A DNA stretch of 64,000 nucleotides, from NCBI GenBank assembly GCA_025360225.1, contig JANYCN010000042.1, positions 112,302-176,301 on the forward strand. The letters run 5' to 3'. The DNA comes from Actinomycetes bacterium. GTDB lineage: Bacteria > Actinomycetota > Thermoleophilia > Gaiellales > F1-60-MAGs149. Positions 26,134-37,023 of this stretch are shown one piece after another (the stretch's first letter is position 1; each line of letters begins with the position of its first letter). The translations under genes and the position numbers were made by a program. The notes under the pieces were generated by a model. That model searched no databases and was not told the origin of the DNA. It saw only the letters and a program-made list of their open reading frames with translations.

Positions 26134-27240
26134 ATGATCGCCGGTCGGTACGAGCCGAACGACGATCTCGAGCCAGCTGGCGGCGCGCAGCGGGTCGGTG
26201 CAACCGACACGACGAGCGGCGCTGCCGTTGTCGTCACGACGTTTCCGCGAGGCGCCGGGGCCGGTGAGTTCGCCGCGATCGCGGCGCGCTACGAGGCGGT
26301 CCGTCACCCGAGCCTCGCGGCGGTCCTTGCATGGAGCGACCCGGGCTCGGACGAGACGGTCGCGCCGATCATCGTCACGGCGCGGATCGCGGGACGCGCC
26401 CTCAACAGCGATCCGCCGCGCCCACGCAGCGAGGCGCTCGCCCTGCTTGCCGACGTCGCGGACGCCATCGCCGCGCTCCACGGCGCCGGGCTCGCCCACG
26501 GCTGCCTGGCGGACAGCTCGATCGTCGTGCCCGACGCCGGCCCCGCGACCGTCGACGGCGCCGGCGCCGTGGCGCTCCGTGACGCCGCGCTCGGCGGGTC
26601 GCCGACCGTATCCGACGTCACCGCCGATGTCCGTTCGATCGGCGAGATCCTGTACCGCACGTTGACGGGGCACCCCTCGAGCGGCGAGGCGACGATCGCA
26701 CCGACGCAGCTCGATCCGACGATCGGCGCGTCGCTCAACGGACTGACGCTGGCGCTCCTCTCGACCGACCCGTTGCGCCCGCCGCCACCCGCGGCGGCCG
26801 TGGCACTCCGTCTGCGCGCCCTTGCGGCCGACGACGAGGCCGACAGGGGGGCGACCACAGCTCGACCCACCGGCCTTGGTGCCGCTCGACGGCTCCTTCC
26901 GCGCGGCGACGTCGGCCTCGTCGCCGCCGCTGGCGCGATCGCCCTCGCCGGGATCGGCGTCTCGTTTGCCGTCGCGCGCGGCGAACGCGCTGCCACCGGG
27001 CGGACGAGCGTCCGCACCGTGACGATCATCTCGCAACGGGCCGGGATCCCGTCTCCGCCCGTGACGCAGTACGTCACCCAGGAGGTCACGCTGCCCGGCG
27101 CCGCGGCAACGGTCACCATCGGCGGGAGCACCTTCCCCGGCACGGTCGTCTACACGTTTCGGCTGATCCCGACGACCATCGCCCAGGCTGGCCCGACCAC
27201 GCTAAACATCCCGCTCACGGTCACGATTCCACCGCCGTAG
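26134..27240 (+). CDS. membrane-anchored Ser/Thr protein kinase-like protein lacking catalytic residues (pseudokinase)
   Basis: Kinase-fold landmarks are present (RY...HPSLAAVL...LHGAGLAHGCLADSSIVV...SDVTADVRSIGEILYRTLTG). But VAIK Lys is replaced (VVVTTF), HRD is HGC, DFG is DGAG. One TM (VGLVAAAGAIALAGIGVSFAVA) and a ~90 aa T/V/P-rich ectodomain. Confidence 0.6.
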   Translation: MIAGRYEPNDDLEPAGGAQRVGATDTTSGAAVVVTTFPRGAGAGEFAAIAARYEAVRHPSLAAVLAWSDPGSDETVAPIIVTARIAGRALNSDPPRPRSEALALLADVADAIAALHGAGLAHGCLADSSIVVPDAGPATVDGAGAVALRDAALGGSPTVSDVTADVRSIGEILYRTLTGHPSSGEATIAPTQLDPTIGASLNGLTLALLSTDPLRPPPPAAAVALRLRALAADDEADRGATTARPTGLGAARRLLPRGDVGLVAAAGAIALAGIGVSFAVARGERAATGRTSVRTVTIISQRAGIPSPPVTQYVTQEVTLPGAAATVTIGGSTFPGTVVYTFRLIPTTIAQAGPTTLNIPLTVTIPPP

Positions 27241-27256
27241 AGCGGCTAGCCCAGGG

Positions 27257-29371
27257 CTAGCCCGTCGTCGTCGGCGGCGGCAGCGGCAGCGTGTCGGTGG
27301 GCGTGCTCGTGTCCGTCTGGGCGGCCTTGCTCGAGGCGGCGGCCGCGTTTGAGGCGGCGTTCGCGGCTGCCGCCGCCGCGGCGATCTGGGTGTACCGCGT
27401 TGACCAGGGCTTGGCAACGAACGGGTGGCGAGGCGGTGGCCAGTCGTGCGGGAGGACGCGGCCGACGAGCACGGACTGCATGAACTGGTGCCAGATCTCC
27501 GCCGGAAGCGTCCCGCCGAAGACGGGGCTCGCCCCCTCGACCGACGACATCGGATAGCGATCGTAACGCGGGTAGCCGACCCAGACGCACGCCGCGATGT
27601 CGGGTGTGTACCCGCAGAACCAGGCGTCAACCTCATGATCCGTTGTCCCCGTCTTGCCGGCCTGTGGGCGCCCGTCGCTCGTCTGCGCCCGCACGCCGGT
27701 GCCGTAACGGATGTTCTCGCCAAGGATGCGGTTCACCTCTGATGCGATCCCATCGCTCAACACCCGTTGCGCTGGCGCGGTGAACTTCAGCTGCTGGTTC
27801 GAGCCGGCGTAGTCGATCTCGGCGATCGCGTGCGCGCGGTGGTAGGTGCCCATCGCTGCGAAGGTCGCGTACGCGGACGCCATCTCCAGCGGCTTGACGG
27901 AGTACGCCCCGAGCGTGATCGAGGGGCCCGGGTTCTCGTCCGCGTTCAGGGACTGCGTGACGCCAAGACGCTGCGCCATCTCGCGAATCTGACGCGGGCC
28001 GACATCGATCGCAAGCTGCGCGAAGATCGTGTTGTCCGAGGCAACGGTTGCGGCCTCGACCGTCTTCGGACCGACCCCGGTCGGCTCGGCGGTGTGCACC
28101 TGCCAGGTGCCGAACTGGAACGGACCCGACTCGTACAACGTCGTCGACGGATCCATGCCCGCCTCCATCGCCGCTGCGAGCGTGAACGGCTTGAAGGTCG
28201 ACCCGGGTTGGCGGACGGCCTCGGCGAGGTTCACCTGGCTGCGCGAGAACGACTGCGTCGCAGCCATCGCTCTGATCTCGCCGGTCCGCGGGTCGATCAC
28301 GACCATCGCCGCCGCCGGGTCGCAGGTCGGCAGCGGCTGGTTGGCGCACGGCGGAAGCCGCATGATCGTGCGCAACGCGGAGTAGGCCTGCTTCTGCATG
28401 CGCCCGTCGATCGTCGTGTGCACCCGGAGTCCACCGTGGCGCACCGCATCGGCACCGAACTGCGGATCGGCGTTGAGCGCGTTCACGACGTACTGCACGA
28501 AGTACGGCTCGGCAGTGCGCAGCTGGACCTTTGCGTGTTGCAGGGCGAGCGGCGCCGCGACGCCCGCGGCGTACGCTGCGTCGCTGATCACCCCTGCGTC
28601 GCGCAGTGCCGCGAGGACCTCCTCGCGGCGGATGGTTGCCGCCACCGGGTGCAGCCAGGGGTCAAACCGCGAGGGCGCCTGCGGTAGACCGGCGAGCAGC
28701 GCTGACTGGATCATCGTCAGGTCGCGCGCGTGGATGCCAAAGTAGGCCTGGGCGGCCGCCTCGGCGCCGTACGCGAAGTGGCCGTACGGCACGGTGTTCA
28801 GATACTTCTCGAGGATCTGGGCCTTCGTGTGGGTCTTCTCGTACTCGAGCGCGAGGTACGCCTCCTTGACCTTCCTGTCGAGCGTGTGACGGTCATCGAG
28901 GTAGAGGGCGCGCATCAGCTGCTGCGTCAGCGTCGAGGCGCCCTGGGTCGCATGTCCAGCACGAACGTCCGCTGCGACGGCACGGGCGACCGACCGCCAG
29001 TCGACGCCGTTGTGCTCGTAGAAGCGGCGGTCCTCGATTGCGACCGTCGCCGTCTGCAACCAGGGCGACACCGCGTCGAGGGAGACCTGCGTCCGGTTCT
29101 CCTCGCTCGGGACGACCTCGAGCACGCTGCCGTCCCGAGCGTAGATCACCGAGTTCTGAGCCAGCTGGCGCTCCGGTAGACCGGTCACCGCTACACGCAC
29201 GCCATCGATGTAGGAGGACACCGCGACCGACCCGCCGGCGAGCACCAGGAACACGACCGCCACCGAGACGATCACCAGCGTCAGCGCAGCGCGACCGCGA
29301 CGCGACCGCCGTGCGTCGCGACGACGGCGGTGTTTTCGCCGGCGGACACCGGCGGGATGCCCCTCAGGCAT
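27257..29371 (-). CDS. class A penicillin-binding protein (glycosyltransferase GT51 + transpeptidase)
   Basis: EDRRFYEHNGVD and GASTLTQQL (GT51). STFKP, SDN, KTGT (transpeptidase). Start set at ATG 29371 just after the mscS stop. Confidence 0.9.
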   Translation of the reverse strand: MPEGHPAGVRRRKHRRRRDARRSRRGRAALTLVIVSVAVVFLVLAGGSVAVSSYIDGVRVAVTGLPERQLAQNSVIYARDGSVLEVVPSEENRTQVSLDAVSPWLQTATVAIEDRRFYEHNGVDWRSVARAVAADVRAGHATQGASTLTQQLMRALYLDDRHTLDRKVKEAYLALEYEKTHTKAQILEKYLNTVPYGHFAYGAEAAAQAYFGIHARDLTMIQSALLAGLPQAPSRFDPWLHPVAATIRREEVLAALRDAGVISDAAYAAGVAAPLALQHAKVQLRTAEPYFVQYVVNALNADPQFGADAVRHGGLRVHTTIDGRMQKQAYSALRTIMRLPPCANQPLPTCDPAAAMVVIDPRTGEIRAMAATQSFSRSQVNLAEAVRQPGSTFKPFTLAAAMEAGMDPSTTLYESGPFQFGTWQVHTAEPTGVGPKTVEAATVASDNTIFAQLAIDVGPRQIREMAQRLGVTQSLNADENPGPSITLGAYSVKPLEMASAYATFAAMGTYHRAHAIAEIDYAGSNQQLKFTAPAQRVLSDGIASEVNRILGENIRYGTGVRAQTSDGRPQAGKTGTTDHEVDAWFCGYTPDIAACVWVGYPRYDRYPMSSVEGASPVFGGTLPAEIWHQFMQSVLVGRVLPHDWPPPRHPFVAKPWSTRYTQIAAAAAAANAASNAAAASSKAAQTDTSTPTDTLPLPPPTTTG

Positions 29372-30152
29372 GGGCGAGCTCCCCGTTGCGTGCAAGCTCC
29401 GTCGCAGCGCGAAGGCGAAGCTCCGAGCCGACGGACTGTGCAGACGCACCATCGGTCACCCAGGCGGTGATCGACGCGGTGATTGCGAGCTCGTCCACGC
29501 GCACGAACAGGACGACCGGCTCGGGAGACGCGACGCGACCGGGGATCGCGAAGGCGATCTCCAGCAGCCGCCGACGCACCGAGTCGAGGTCGGCGCCGTG
29601 CGCGACCGGGACCGTGACGATCTCCGCTCGCGTCGGGTCCTCGATCGTGGCGTTGATGATCGAGGACCCGATCAGCTGCTCGTTCGGCAGGTAGACACGA
29701 CGTCCGTCGTCGCGACGCAGGACCGTGTAGCTGAGCTTGATCTCCTCGACAACGCCATCGAGATCATTGACGGTGATTCGATCGCCAAGCCGGAACGGCT
29801 GCGTGAGGGCGAGCTGCACGCCAGCAGCGATGTTCGCGAGCGGGGTGCGGACGGCGAAGCCGGCGATCACCGCAACCACGGCGCCGCTGGCAAGCAGCGT
29901 CCGCGAGAAGCCCTGGCCCCACGGCGTTGCCTCAAGGCCCGCGATCGCCGCAATCAACACGGCAGCAGCGGTGACGACCCGTCGGATCAGCCGCAGGCGC
30001 GTACGCGTGCCGGCGAAGTCGCCGCGATAGCGAGCTGCCAGCGCCAGCTCCTGCCGCCCGATCAGACGGCGCGCTCCGACCGCTCCGGCGACCGCCAGCG
30101 CGACGCTGCCGCCGGCGATTGCGAGCGCGTGAAGGGATTCGTCGGAGGTCAT
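29364..30152 (-). CDS. small-conductance mechanosensitive channel (MscS family)
   Basis: ORF 29364..30548, start set at ATG 30152. TM3/beta-domain block NIAAGVQLALTQPFRLGDRITV. Confidence 0.8.
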   Translation of the reverse strand: MTSDESLHALAIAGGSVALAVAGAVGARRLIGRQELALAARYRGDFAGTRTRLRLIRRVVTAAAVLIAAIAGLEATPWGQGFSRTLLASGAVVAVIAGFAVRTPLANIAAGVQLALTQPFRLGDRITVNDLDGVVEEIKLSYTVLRRDDGRRVYLPNEQLIGSSIINATIEDPTRAEIVTVPVAHGADLDSVRRRLLEIAFAIPGRVASPEPVVLFVRVDELAITASITAWVTDGASAQSVGSELRLRAATELARNGELAHA

Positions 30153-30237
30153 CTCAGGACCGTTCGGCTCGGCGGGCACGAGCCCTTCCGCGACCAGATG
30201 AGCCGGTCGGCGACCACCGCAACCTATCATCCCGCTC

Positions 30238-31047
30238 GTGCCTGCCCCGTTTCCGATGATCCGCGTGACCACCCTGACCGTCCTTGCGATCCTCGCCGCC
30301 GGCTGCGGCGCGCGCGCCGAACCGACCGGATCGCTCGGCATGCAGCCGGTCTCGGTCGTCGACGGAACCGGCGCGACGATCGCGCTCAGCCGCGCCGCGC
30401 GGCATGTCGCCTCGTCCGACGCCGCCGCGACCGCGACGCTCCAAGCCCTCCACGTCGACGTTGCGGCCTTCGCGCCGGGTGGTGCGGTCCCGGCCGGAAC
30501 CGACCTCGTGATCATCAGCGGCGCCACGGGAGGTGGTGGTGAGATCACGGACGTGCCGGTGTTTCACTGGGGCGTCGGTAACCTCGCTGACGCCGGCTTC
30601 CAGATCGCGCAGGTGGCGCTCGCGACAGATCGCGGTGGGGCAGGAGTCGTCCTTGGGCGCACGGTCGATGCCGCCGTCAAGACAGCGCTCGCTCGGTCTC
30701 TAAGCGAGCCGATGACGACCGTGTTCATCGAGAGCTCCGCCCTCACGGAGGCGGCGGCGGACGACCCTCTCGTCGTGCTCGTTCGTCGCCTCGGCAGCAA
30801 GCCGGCCGTCGCCCCCGGCACGTCAATGTCGTTCCCGCAGCTCCGACGGCTCGCGCCGGCCGCGTGGATCGCCGTCGAGCCAGCAACGTCGACGCTTGCG
30901 GCGTTGCGCCTTGCACCCGGCCTTCGCCCCGTGCCAGCGGTGCGCGACGGGCGGGTGCTGCGACTGCTGCGCAGCGATCTCGAGCCGTCCCCGAACCTCG
31001 CGACGAGGCTCGCGGCGATCATCCACGTGCTCCACCCGGCGGCATGA
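30238..31047 (+). CDS. lipoprotein, periplasmic-binding-protein (Fe/B12 type, class III SBP)-like
   Basis: Lipobox LAAGC. General similarity of the C-terminal part (...VPAVRDGRV..L...) to ABC substrate-binding proteins. Weak call. Confidence 0.45.
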   Translation: MPAPFPMIRVTTLTVLAILAAGCGARAEPTGSLGMQPVSVVDGTGATIALSRAARHVASSDAAATATLQALHVDVAAFAPGGAVPAGTDLVIISGATGGGGEITDVPVFHWGVGNLADAGFQIAQVALATDRGGAGVVLGRTVDAAVKTALARSLSEPMTTVFIESSALTEAAADDPLVVLVRRLGSKPAVAPGTSMSFPQLRRLAPAAWIAVEPATSTLAALRLAPGLRPVPAVRDGRVLRLLRSDLEPSPNLATRLAAIIHVLHPAA

Positions 31048-31718
31048 GCGCCACCCGGCGACCGAAGGCGCGCGCGCTCGGCCTCAGCCTGGCCGCGTAC
31101 CTCGCGTTTCTCGTCGCTACGGTCGCCGCGACCGTGCCCTTCTTGCAGCACGCCAGGGCGGCAACCCTCACCTCACCGGCGCTCGGCGTCGCCGGTGGTC
31201 TCGGGTACATCGTGCTCATCCTCGTCACGATCCGGTTCGCGCGGGATCCATCGCTCGGCCGCGAGGTGCTCGCTGTCCGCGCGACGCCGCTTCGCCGTGC
31301 TGCGAAGGCGGTGGTCGCAGCGATCGGCGCGGGGGCGGTCGGCGTGCTCGTTCTCGAGCCGATCTTCCATGGCGGCAGCGCCCAGCGAATCACCGCCGGC
31401 GTCGCGCCGCAGAGCACGGGCTCGTACGTGCTCGCAGGCCTCTCGATCGCCGTCATCTGCGTCGTCGGCCCTGTTGCCGAAGAGCTCTACTTCCGCGGGC
31501 TGCTGTTCGGCGCTCTTCTTCCCTTGGGTCAGACGCCAGCGGTGCTGCTCTCGGCCGGGCTCTTCGCGGTCGTGCACTTCACGCCGGCCGCGATGCCGGT
31601 GATCGCGGTGCTCGGCGTGCTCTTTGGACTGCTGCGCGTCCACACCGACTCGATCTGGCCCGGCATCGTTCTTCACGTGCTGAACAACACGCTTGCGGTG
31701 CTGGTCACCATCTCCTGA
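31044..31718 (+). CDS. CPBP family intramembrane glutamic endopeptidase (CAAX protease-like)
   Basis: EELYFRG motif 1, FAVVH motif 2, HVLNN motif 3. ATG 31044 overlaps the upstream stop (ATGA). Confidence 0.8.
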   Translation: MSATRRPKARALGLSLAAYLAFLVATVAATVPFLQHARAATLTSPALGVAGGLGYIVLILVTIRFARDPSLGREVLAVRATPLRRAAKAVVAAIGAGAVGVLVLEPIFHGGSAQRITAGVAPQSTGSYVLAGLSIAVICVVGPVAEELYFRGLLFGALLPLGQTPAVLLSAGLFAVVHFTPAAMPVIAVLGVLFGLLRVHTDSIWPGIVLHVLNNTLAVLVTIS

Positions 31719-31750
31719 CGCGGTTCGTTCGCCCGGTAGGATCCAGGGCG

Positions 31751-32050
31751 ATGGCAGACCCGAACGACCCGTTCGTCCAGCGGCAGCGCGCGATCATCGA
31801 CGCCGCCGACGATCAGATCCTCGAGGCGCTCAACGCACGCATCGACGCCGTCCTCGCGCTACACGAGCATAAGGTTCGCGCCGGCTATCCGCTGTTTGAT
31901 CCCGGGCGCGAAAAGCTAATCACCAGTCGTTTGCTTGAACAAAACGCCGGCCCGCTCGCCGCGGACGCCGTAGCGGGCGTCGTCGACGCGATCCTCACGC
32001 TGACGCGAGCAGAGGTGACGCGGGTCCGGCAGCAGGGCTGGGGATCATGA
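31751..32050 (+). CDS. chorismate mutase (AroQ class)
   Basis: 99 aa. RQRAIIDAADDQILEALNARIDAVLALHEHK...DPGREKLITSRL is typical of AroQ helices. Confidence 0.75.
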   Translation: MADPNDPFVQRQRAIIDAADDQILEALNARIDAVLALHEHKVRAGYPLFDPGREKLITSRLLEQNAGPLAADAVAGVVDAILTLTRAEVTRVRQQGWGS

Positions 32051-32539
32051 GCGAAAGTCGTCCGGCCTGACGTCCTCAAGAAACCGGCGGAACTCCGCGA
32101 CGGCGTCTTCCGCGACGGCGTCGACACCACTCGCCTGCTCTTCCGCCTCAACCGACCCGCGAGCAAGGACCTCGTCGGCGACGTAGATCGAGGCGTTGCA
32201 GCGCAGCGCGAGAGCGAGCGCATCGCTCGGCCGTGCGTCAAGCTCGGTCGGACCATCGGCCGCCCTCAGGCAGATCCGCGCAAAGTAGGTGTTGTCGCGC
32301 AGGTCGACGACCTCGACCCGCTCGACCGTGGCGCCGAGGTCGCCAAGGACCCGGGCGAGCAGATCATGGGTCATCGGGCGCGGCGTCTCCTTGCCCTGCA
32401 GAGGCAGCAGGATCGCCTGGGCCTCGGCGTGCCCGATCCAGATCGGCAACACCCGTGCGCCGTCGACCGTGCGGAGCAGCACGATCGGCTGCCTGCCCAC
32501 CGGATCCAACGACAGCCCGTAGATGGTCACCCTGCGCAC
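32045..32539 (-). CDS. bifunctional nuclease (BFN/DUF151) family protein
   Basis: QPIVLLRTVDGARVLPIWIGHAEAQAI...RPMTHDLL...ARPSDALALAL blocks. Confidence 0.7.
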   Translation of the reverse strand: MRRVTIYGLSLDPVGRQPIVLLRTVDGARVLPIWIGHAEAQAILLPLQGKETPRPMTHDLLARVLGDLGATVERVEVVDLRDNTYFARICLRAADGPTELDARPSDALALALRCNASIYVADEVLARGSVEAEEQASGVDAVAEDAVAEFRRFLEDVRPDDFRS

Positions 32540-32647
32540 GGCCCGACCATTCTACCGCCGTATGCAAGCGCGGCCCGGCCCCGGACGCCGGCTTCGCGGC
32601 ACGCTCGGCGACGTCCCAGACGCCGCGGGGATGCGGCGGGTTGACGC

Positions 32648-33952
32648 TCAGACGAGCCGGGCGTCGACCGCCGCGAGGTGACCGGGAAGGCCCTCGCTCG
32701 TCGCCCACGTGGCGATCGTCGGACGGAGCCGCGAGAGACCATCGCGCGTGATCCGCTCGAACGATTGACGGCGCCTGAAGTGGGTCACGGAGAGACCTGC
32801 GCTGTGACGGGCAGCGCCACCGGTCGGCAGCACGTGGTTCGTGCCCGCAACGTAGGAGCCCGCGACCGATGGCGTCATCGCGCCGATGCAGACCGTGCCG
32901 GCGCTGCGCAGCTCGGCGGCGACGCCGTCCGGGTCGGCGGCGTGGACGATGACGTGCTCCGCGGCGACCTCCTCGCTGAACGCGATCGCTGCCGCGTTCG
33001 ACCCACAGACGACGATCGCCGACCGGCCCTCGCGGCCCTGACAAAGGATCGCGTCGCGCCGCATCACCGGGAGGGCCGCGAGACGACGTGCGAGGTGGGC
33101 AGCAACGCGCTCCGCGAGACCCGCGTCCGTGACAACGACAACGCCGCACGACGTGTCGCCGTGCTCTGCCTCCGAGATCAGGTCGGCAGCAAGCAGGTCC
33201 GGGTCGGCGTCGTCAAGGCCGAGCACGAGCACCTCGCTCGGTCCCGCGTCGAGGTCGACGCCAACCACCCCCCGCACCAGCTGCTTCGCGGCTGCCACGT
33301 ACGGTCCCCCGGGGCCGGCGATCACGTCGACGCGACGCAAGGTCGGTGTCCCGTAGGCGAACGCGGCGACGGCAGCCGTTCCCGAGAGCCGCCAGACCTC
33401 CGTCGCACCACCGATCGCGGCGGCAGCGCGGACGGTGGCGGGGATCTCCCCCGTCGCCGGATCGACGCCGCTGGCGAGAACGATCCGCTCAACACCCGCC
33501 ACGCGAGCCGGCACGCAGAGCATCAGCGCGCTCGAGGGGTACGTCGCGGTGCCGAATGGCACGTACAGCCCCGCCGCACGTACAGGGGGGAACCGCTCGC
33601 CGATCACCACGCCCGGCTCGACCTCGAGCGCGAAGTCCTCGACCAGCTGGGCGCGGTGGTAGCGCTCGAGGTTGCGGGCGGTGTGGTCCATCGCCGCGCG
33701 CAGCGCGGGGTCAAGCGCCGCGACCGCCTCGTCGAGTGATGCACGCTCGACGATGAACCGATCTGCCGCGAGCTCGACGTGGTCGACGGCGCGGAGGAAG
33801 CCCGAGACGGCCTCGTCGCCGCCTTCCCGGATCGCCGAGAGGACCGGCGCGACGACCGCGCTGGGCTCGACGAGCCGCTCCGTGTCGCGGTTGCCGATGC
33901 GCGTGCGCTGCGATCGATCAAGCGTCGCGAGGTGGACGATCGGCACGCTCAC
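32648..33952 (-). CDS. hisD: histidinol dehydrogenase
   Basis: ORF 32648..34393, start set at GTG 33952, overlapping the KAS stop (GTGA). SEAEHG and GSYVAGTNHVLPTGGAARHSAGLSV blocks. Confidence 0.8.
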   Translation of the reverse strand: MSVPIVHLATLDRSQRTRIGNRDTERLVEPSAVVAPVLSAIREGGDEAVSGFLRAVDHVELAADRFIVERASLDEAVAALDPALRAAMDHTARNLERYHRAQLVEDFALEVEPGVVIGERFPPVRAAGLYVPFGTATYPSSALMLCVPARVAGVERIVLASGVDPATGEIPATVRAAAAIGGATEVWRLSGTAAVAAFAYGTPTLRRVDVIAGPGGPYVAAAKQLVRGVVGVDLDAGPSEVLVLGLDDADPDLLAADLISEAEHGDTSCGVVVVTDAGLAERVAAHLARRLAALPVMRRDAILCQGREGRSAIVVCGSNAAAIAFSEEVAAEHVIVHAADPDGVAAELRSAGTVCIGAMTPSVAGSYVAGTNHVLPTGGAARHSAGLSVTHFRRRQSFERITRDGLSRLRPTIATWATSEGLPGHLAAVDARLV

Positions 33953-35178
33953 GCGCGGGCGAGGACGAGCGCCGCGTTCTGGCCGCCGAACCCGAACGCG
34001 TTGACCATTGCCGCGTCGAGCTGCCCCACCAGCGGCGCGCCGTGCACGACCGCGAGCGGGCAGTCGGGGTCGGGCGTCTCGTAGTTCAGGCTCGGCGGAA
34101 CCAGGCCGTAACGGATCGCGAGCGCCGCGGTCGCGACACCGAACGCTCCCGCAGCGCCAAGCGTGTGCCCAACGGACGACTTCGGCGCCGTCACCGGCAG
34201 ACGGCTGCTCTGGCTGAAGACGCGGCAGATGGCGGCAGCCTCGGCGGAGTCGTTCAGCCGCGTTCCCGTTCCGTGCGCGACGATACAGGACACGCGCGCA
34301 GCATCGACGGCGCCGTTCGCCAGCGCTCGGCGCATCGCGAGCTCGGCGCCACCGCCGCTCGGCTCGGGCGACGTGATGTGGAACGCGTCGCACGAGAGAC
34401 CTGCGCCAAGCATCTCGCAGTAGATCGTCGCGCCGCGCGCGAGGGCAGCCTCGAGCGGCTCGAGGACGACGATCGCAGCTCCCTCCGCCGGCACGAAGCC
34501 GGTGCGGTTGAGGTCGAACGGGCGCGAGATCGTCGCTGACTCGCCCTCGGCGACGGTGAGCGCGCCGGCGTTCGCGAGCGACGCGACGAGCGGGGCCGTG
34601 AGCGCCGCCTCGGTGCCGCCGGCAAGCACGAGGTCGACCTCACCGCGGCGGAGCATGTGGAACCCCTCGGCAACGCCGATCGCACCGGCGGCGCAGGCAC
34701 CGACACCGGCGGTGGTCGGGCCGGTTACGCCGAGATGGATCGCGACGTTGGCGGCCGCCATGTTCGCTGACAGCTGCGGCACGTAGAGCGGGCCGATCCG
34801 ACTCGGGTCGTCGCGGCGCGCGGCGACCTCGCGGTCACCCTCACCGACGCCGCCGGCACCCGTGTGGACGGTGATGCCGGTTCGCGGTCGATCGAGCTCC
34901 TCAATCCCCGCGTCACGCAGGGCGAGGACGGATGCAGCGACGGCCATCTGCGCGAATCGTCCCATCCGGCGGGCGGTGCGCTTCTCCATGAAGGTGGTTG
35001 GATCGAAGTCGAGCGCCTCGCCGGCATGGTGCGCCGGGAGACCTTGGAGCTCAGGCGAGCGCACACGGCGGATCCCCGATCGTCCGGCGACGAGGGCATC
35101 CCAGAAGACGTCGGTACCGACGCCATGCGGGCCGATGACACCGATGCCGGTGATCGCGATGCGAGGCGGAGAGCACAC
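33949..35178 (-). CDS. beta-ketoacyl-ACP synthase II-like condensing enzyme (second copy in the window)
   Basis: ORF 33949..35313, start set at GTG 35178 (VCSPPRIAITGIGVIGP). Active-site GACAAG, HGTGT, GHTLGAAG (Cys-His-His). Confidence 0.8.
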   Translation of the reverse strand: MCSPPRIAITGIGVIGPHGVGTDVFWDALVAGRSGIRRVRSPELQGLPAHHAGEALDFDPTTFMEKRTARRMGRFAQMAVAASVLALRDAGIEELDRPRTGITVHTGAGGVGEGDREVAARRDDPSRIGPLYVPQLSANMAAANVAIHLGVTGPTTAGVGACAAGAIGVAEGFHMLRRGEVDLVLAGGTEAALTAPLVASLANAGALTVAEGESATISRPFDLNRTGFVPAEGAAIVVLEPLEAALARGATIYCEMLGAGLSCDAFHITSPEPSGGGAELAMRRALANGAVDAARVSCIVAHGTGTRLNDSAEAAAICRVFSQSSRLPVTAPKSSVGHTLGAAGAFGVATAALAIRYGLVPPSLNYETPDPDCPLAVVHGAPLVGQLDAAMVNAFGFGGQNAALVLARA

Positions 35179-35269
35179 GCGCCCTAGTGTGCCGGATCGC
35201 ACGCCAGCGGTGCGCCGGAGACGTTGCGGAAGGTGCGCACGCCACGGCTGCCGCACCCCTACCGGCGCG

Positions 35270-36077
<808 letters not shown>

Positions 36078-36132
36078 GCGAACACCACTATACCGGTCCC
36101 GGAGACCCATCTCCCCCGCAACCGGGAGGACC

Positions 36133-37023
36133 TCAGGAGCGAAGGATGTGGGTCTCCGCGAGCCCCGCGACCGCTTCGAGCCGATCGGCAAGCCGGACGA
36201 GCTCGTCGTGGGAGCTGATCCGCAGCTGTAGGGTGGCACCGTCAGTCGTCGACGTGACGCGGGCGTGGAGACCGAACGCGCGGTAACACGCGTCGACGGC
36301 GTCGGTCGCGACCTCGGCGTCGAGCCATGACGGCGCGGACGCATCCGTGCCGGCGCGGCGCCGCGTCGACGACGCCCGCGCAAGCGCTTCCGTCTGCCGC
36401 ACCGACAGCCCGTCGCGCACCGCTACGCGCGCGATCGACCGCTGCGACTCGACGCTCGTCGCCTGGAGGATGGCACGACCGTGGCCCTCGCTGAGGGCAC
36501 CGTCCTCGAGATGAGCGAGCACGTCGTCGGGCAGATCGAGAAGCCGCAGGGTGTTCGTCACGGTCGTCCGGCTCTTGCCGACCCGCTCCGCGATCTCGGA
36601 GGCCGCGAGCCCGAACTCGTCCGCGAGCGCGCCGTAGGCACGAGCGATCTCAACGGCATTCAGGTCCTCGCGCACCACGTTCTCGACGATCGCGAGCACG
36701 AGCGAGCCGCGATCGTCGATCGATCGGATCACCGCGGGGATCGTGCCAAGACCCGCCGCCTGCGCCGCGCGCCATCGGCGCTCGCCGGCAATCAGCTCGT
36801 ACGTGCCGTCGCCACGGTCCCGCACGGCGATCGGCGCGACGACGCCATCGCTGGCGACCGAGCGTGTCAGATCGGCAAGGGCCCCCTCGTCGAGCCGTCG
36901 CCGCGGTTGCCGGGCATTCGGGACGATGCGCGAGACATCCAGATCGACCATCGACGACCCGCCGGACGATGGATCGATCATCGCGACGAGCCCGCGCCCG
37001 AGACCACGCACGGGGCTAGCCAC
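36133..37023 (-). CDS. parB: chromosome partitioning protein ParB (Spo0J)
   Basis: Start set at GTG 37023 (VASPVRGLGRGLVAMI). GERRWRAA box and an HTH region. Confidence 0.9.
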   Translation of the reverse strand: MASPVRGLGRGLVAMIDPSSGGSSMVDLDVSRIVPNARQPRRRLDEGALADLTRSVASDGVVAPIAVRDRGDGTYELIAGERRWRAAQAAGLGTIPAVIRSIDDRGSLVLAIVENVVREDLNAVEIARAYGALADEFGLAASEIAERVGKSRTTVTNTLRLLDLPDDVLAHLEDGALSEGHGRAILQATSVESQRSIARVAVRDGLSVRQTEALARASSTRRRAGTDASAPSWLDAEVATDAVDACYRAFGLHARVTSTTDGATLQLRISSHDELVRLADRLEAVAGLAETHILRS

